Positions 63,290-64,000 of a stretch of DNA of 64,000 nt are shown here, one piece after another. The translations under genes and the position numbers were made by a program. The DNA is from Pavona decussata (taxonomy: Eukaryota), in NCBI GenBank assembly GCA_977016875.1, contig CDRNST010000001.1, forward strand, positions 186,001 to 250,000. Direction: 5' to 3'. Under the pieces are notes generated by a model. The model searched no databases. It was not told the origin of the DNA and saw only the letters and a list, made by a program, of their open reading frames with translations. The first letter of the stretch is position 1, and the number at the start of each line of letters is the position of its first letter.

Positions 63290-64000
63290 CTCGGCAATTG
63301 TCGAGAGTCGAGGCCCGTGGAGAATCGAGAGTAACATGTCGAGACCGATATGTCGAGAGTCGAGAATAACTTGTCAAGAGTAATAATTCATTGAGTTTTT
63401 GGACCTTTGTGTATTTATTCAAGAAAGGAGCCATTGGCCATTAAATCGGAACACGGAATAAATACATTTGATGGAATTTTTCAATAATCAATCCTTCGCG
63501 TGATTGCGTGTGTGCGGCTTTCCGTTGTTTTTCGACCTTTTTCACTGAATGACTGAGTGTTGGAAACACGCTAAACGTGACATAGTCACGCTCATCGGTA
63601 CGCTTATTTTTTTAAGACCATTTCATACCCAGGAATATTGTAAGCTATCAATAGCATTTGACTTGGCGATCTTGGCGTTTCTGTACCTTTTCAGGGTTAC
63701 GAAAGAAAGAGAGAACCAGGGTCAGCAAGTGAACGCAATTTCGTGTTTGTCTGCGATCGGGAAACTGCATGGGACACTGCTTTTAGACCTAAAGTCTCGA
63801 TAATTGCATGTTCCACATTTTTAACTGCGGTTTCGGTATTTTGGTAAATTTCGATGCGGTATTGCGGTTTTTTTACGTTTTTCTGCGCGGTTTTGCGGTT
63901 TTCAGACCCCCCTTACGCCCCCCTCTTCCAAGCCATGCCAGCCTTCTAAAATTAATGATTATTTTACAAGATCACTTTTATTTTAAAAACCACGTATATT

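Larger units (their letters stand above)
60783..63925 (-). mobile_element. Second, inverted copy of the 6-bp-TSD TIR element, with two nested insertions
   Basis: TSD TTCCAA (60777-60782, 63926-63931); empty site GAAGCATTCCAAGCCA at ~52435; near-identical to 57415-58431. Confidence 0.92.

Noticed and set aside
57537-63803. Identical 84-aa ORF in two places (57537-57791, 63549-63803)
   Set aside because: Identity reflects recent transposon duplication; no domain or splice evidence

Overview
AT-rich eukaryotic DNA with spliceosomal introns, microsatellites and two assembly gaps; the repeat and gene families suggest a cnidarian, probably a stony coral (inference). Most of the window is transposon-derived: a tRNA-derived SINE, LINE 3' fragments, a near-intact Crypton-type tyrosine-recombinase element (~8.7-10.8 kb), a decayed Helentron (Rep, PIF1 helicase, AP-type endonuclease) with a neighbouring RPA-like gene (~13.4-23.5 kb), and a full-structure DIRS1-like retrotransposon (26.5-32.9 kb) interrupted by an inverted-repeat Penelope insertion carrying two hammerhead ribozymes. 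A second, internally deleted Penelope-like element with its own hammerhead and several nested TIR elements lie inside a segmental duplication (50.5-64 kb). Host-like content: a HEPN (DZIP3-type) plus coiled-coil exon at 5.9-6.9 kb and, the best novel lead, a minus-strand spliced gene (36.1-38.9 kb) that the ORF track splits into unrelated short ORFs. Once spliced, it reads as a secreted, cysteine-rich 12-strand beta-trefoil with IL-1/FGF-like strand pattern and intron phases. Decayed paralogue-like exons lie nearby, and four decayed C1q/TNF-like exon copies lie at 47-55 kb. All assignments are by eye; no searches were run.
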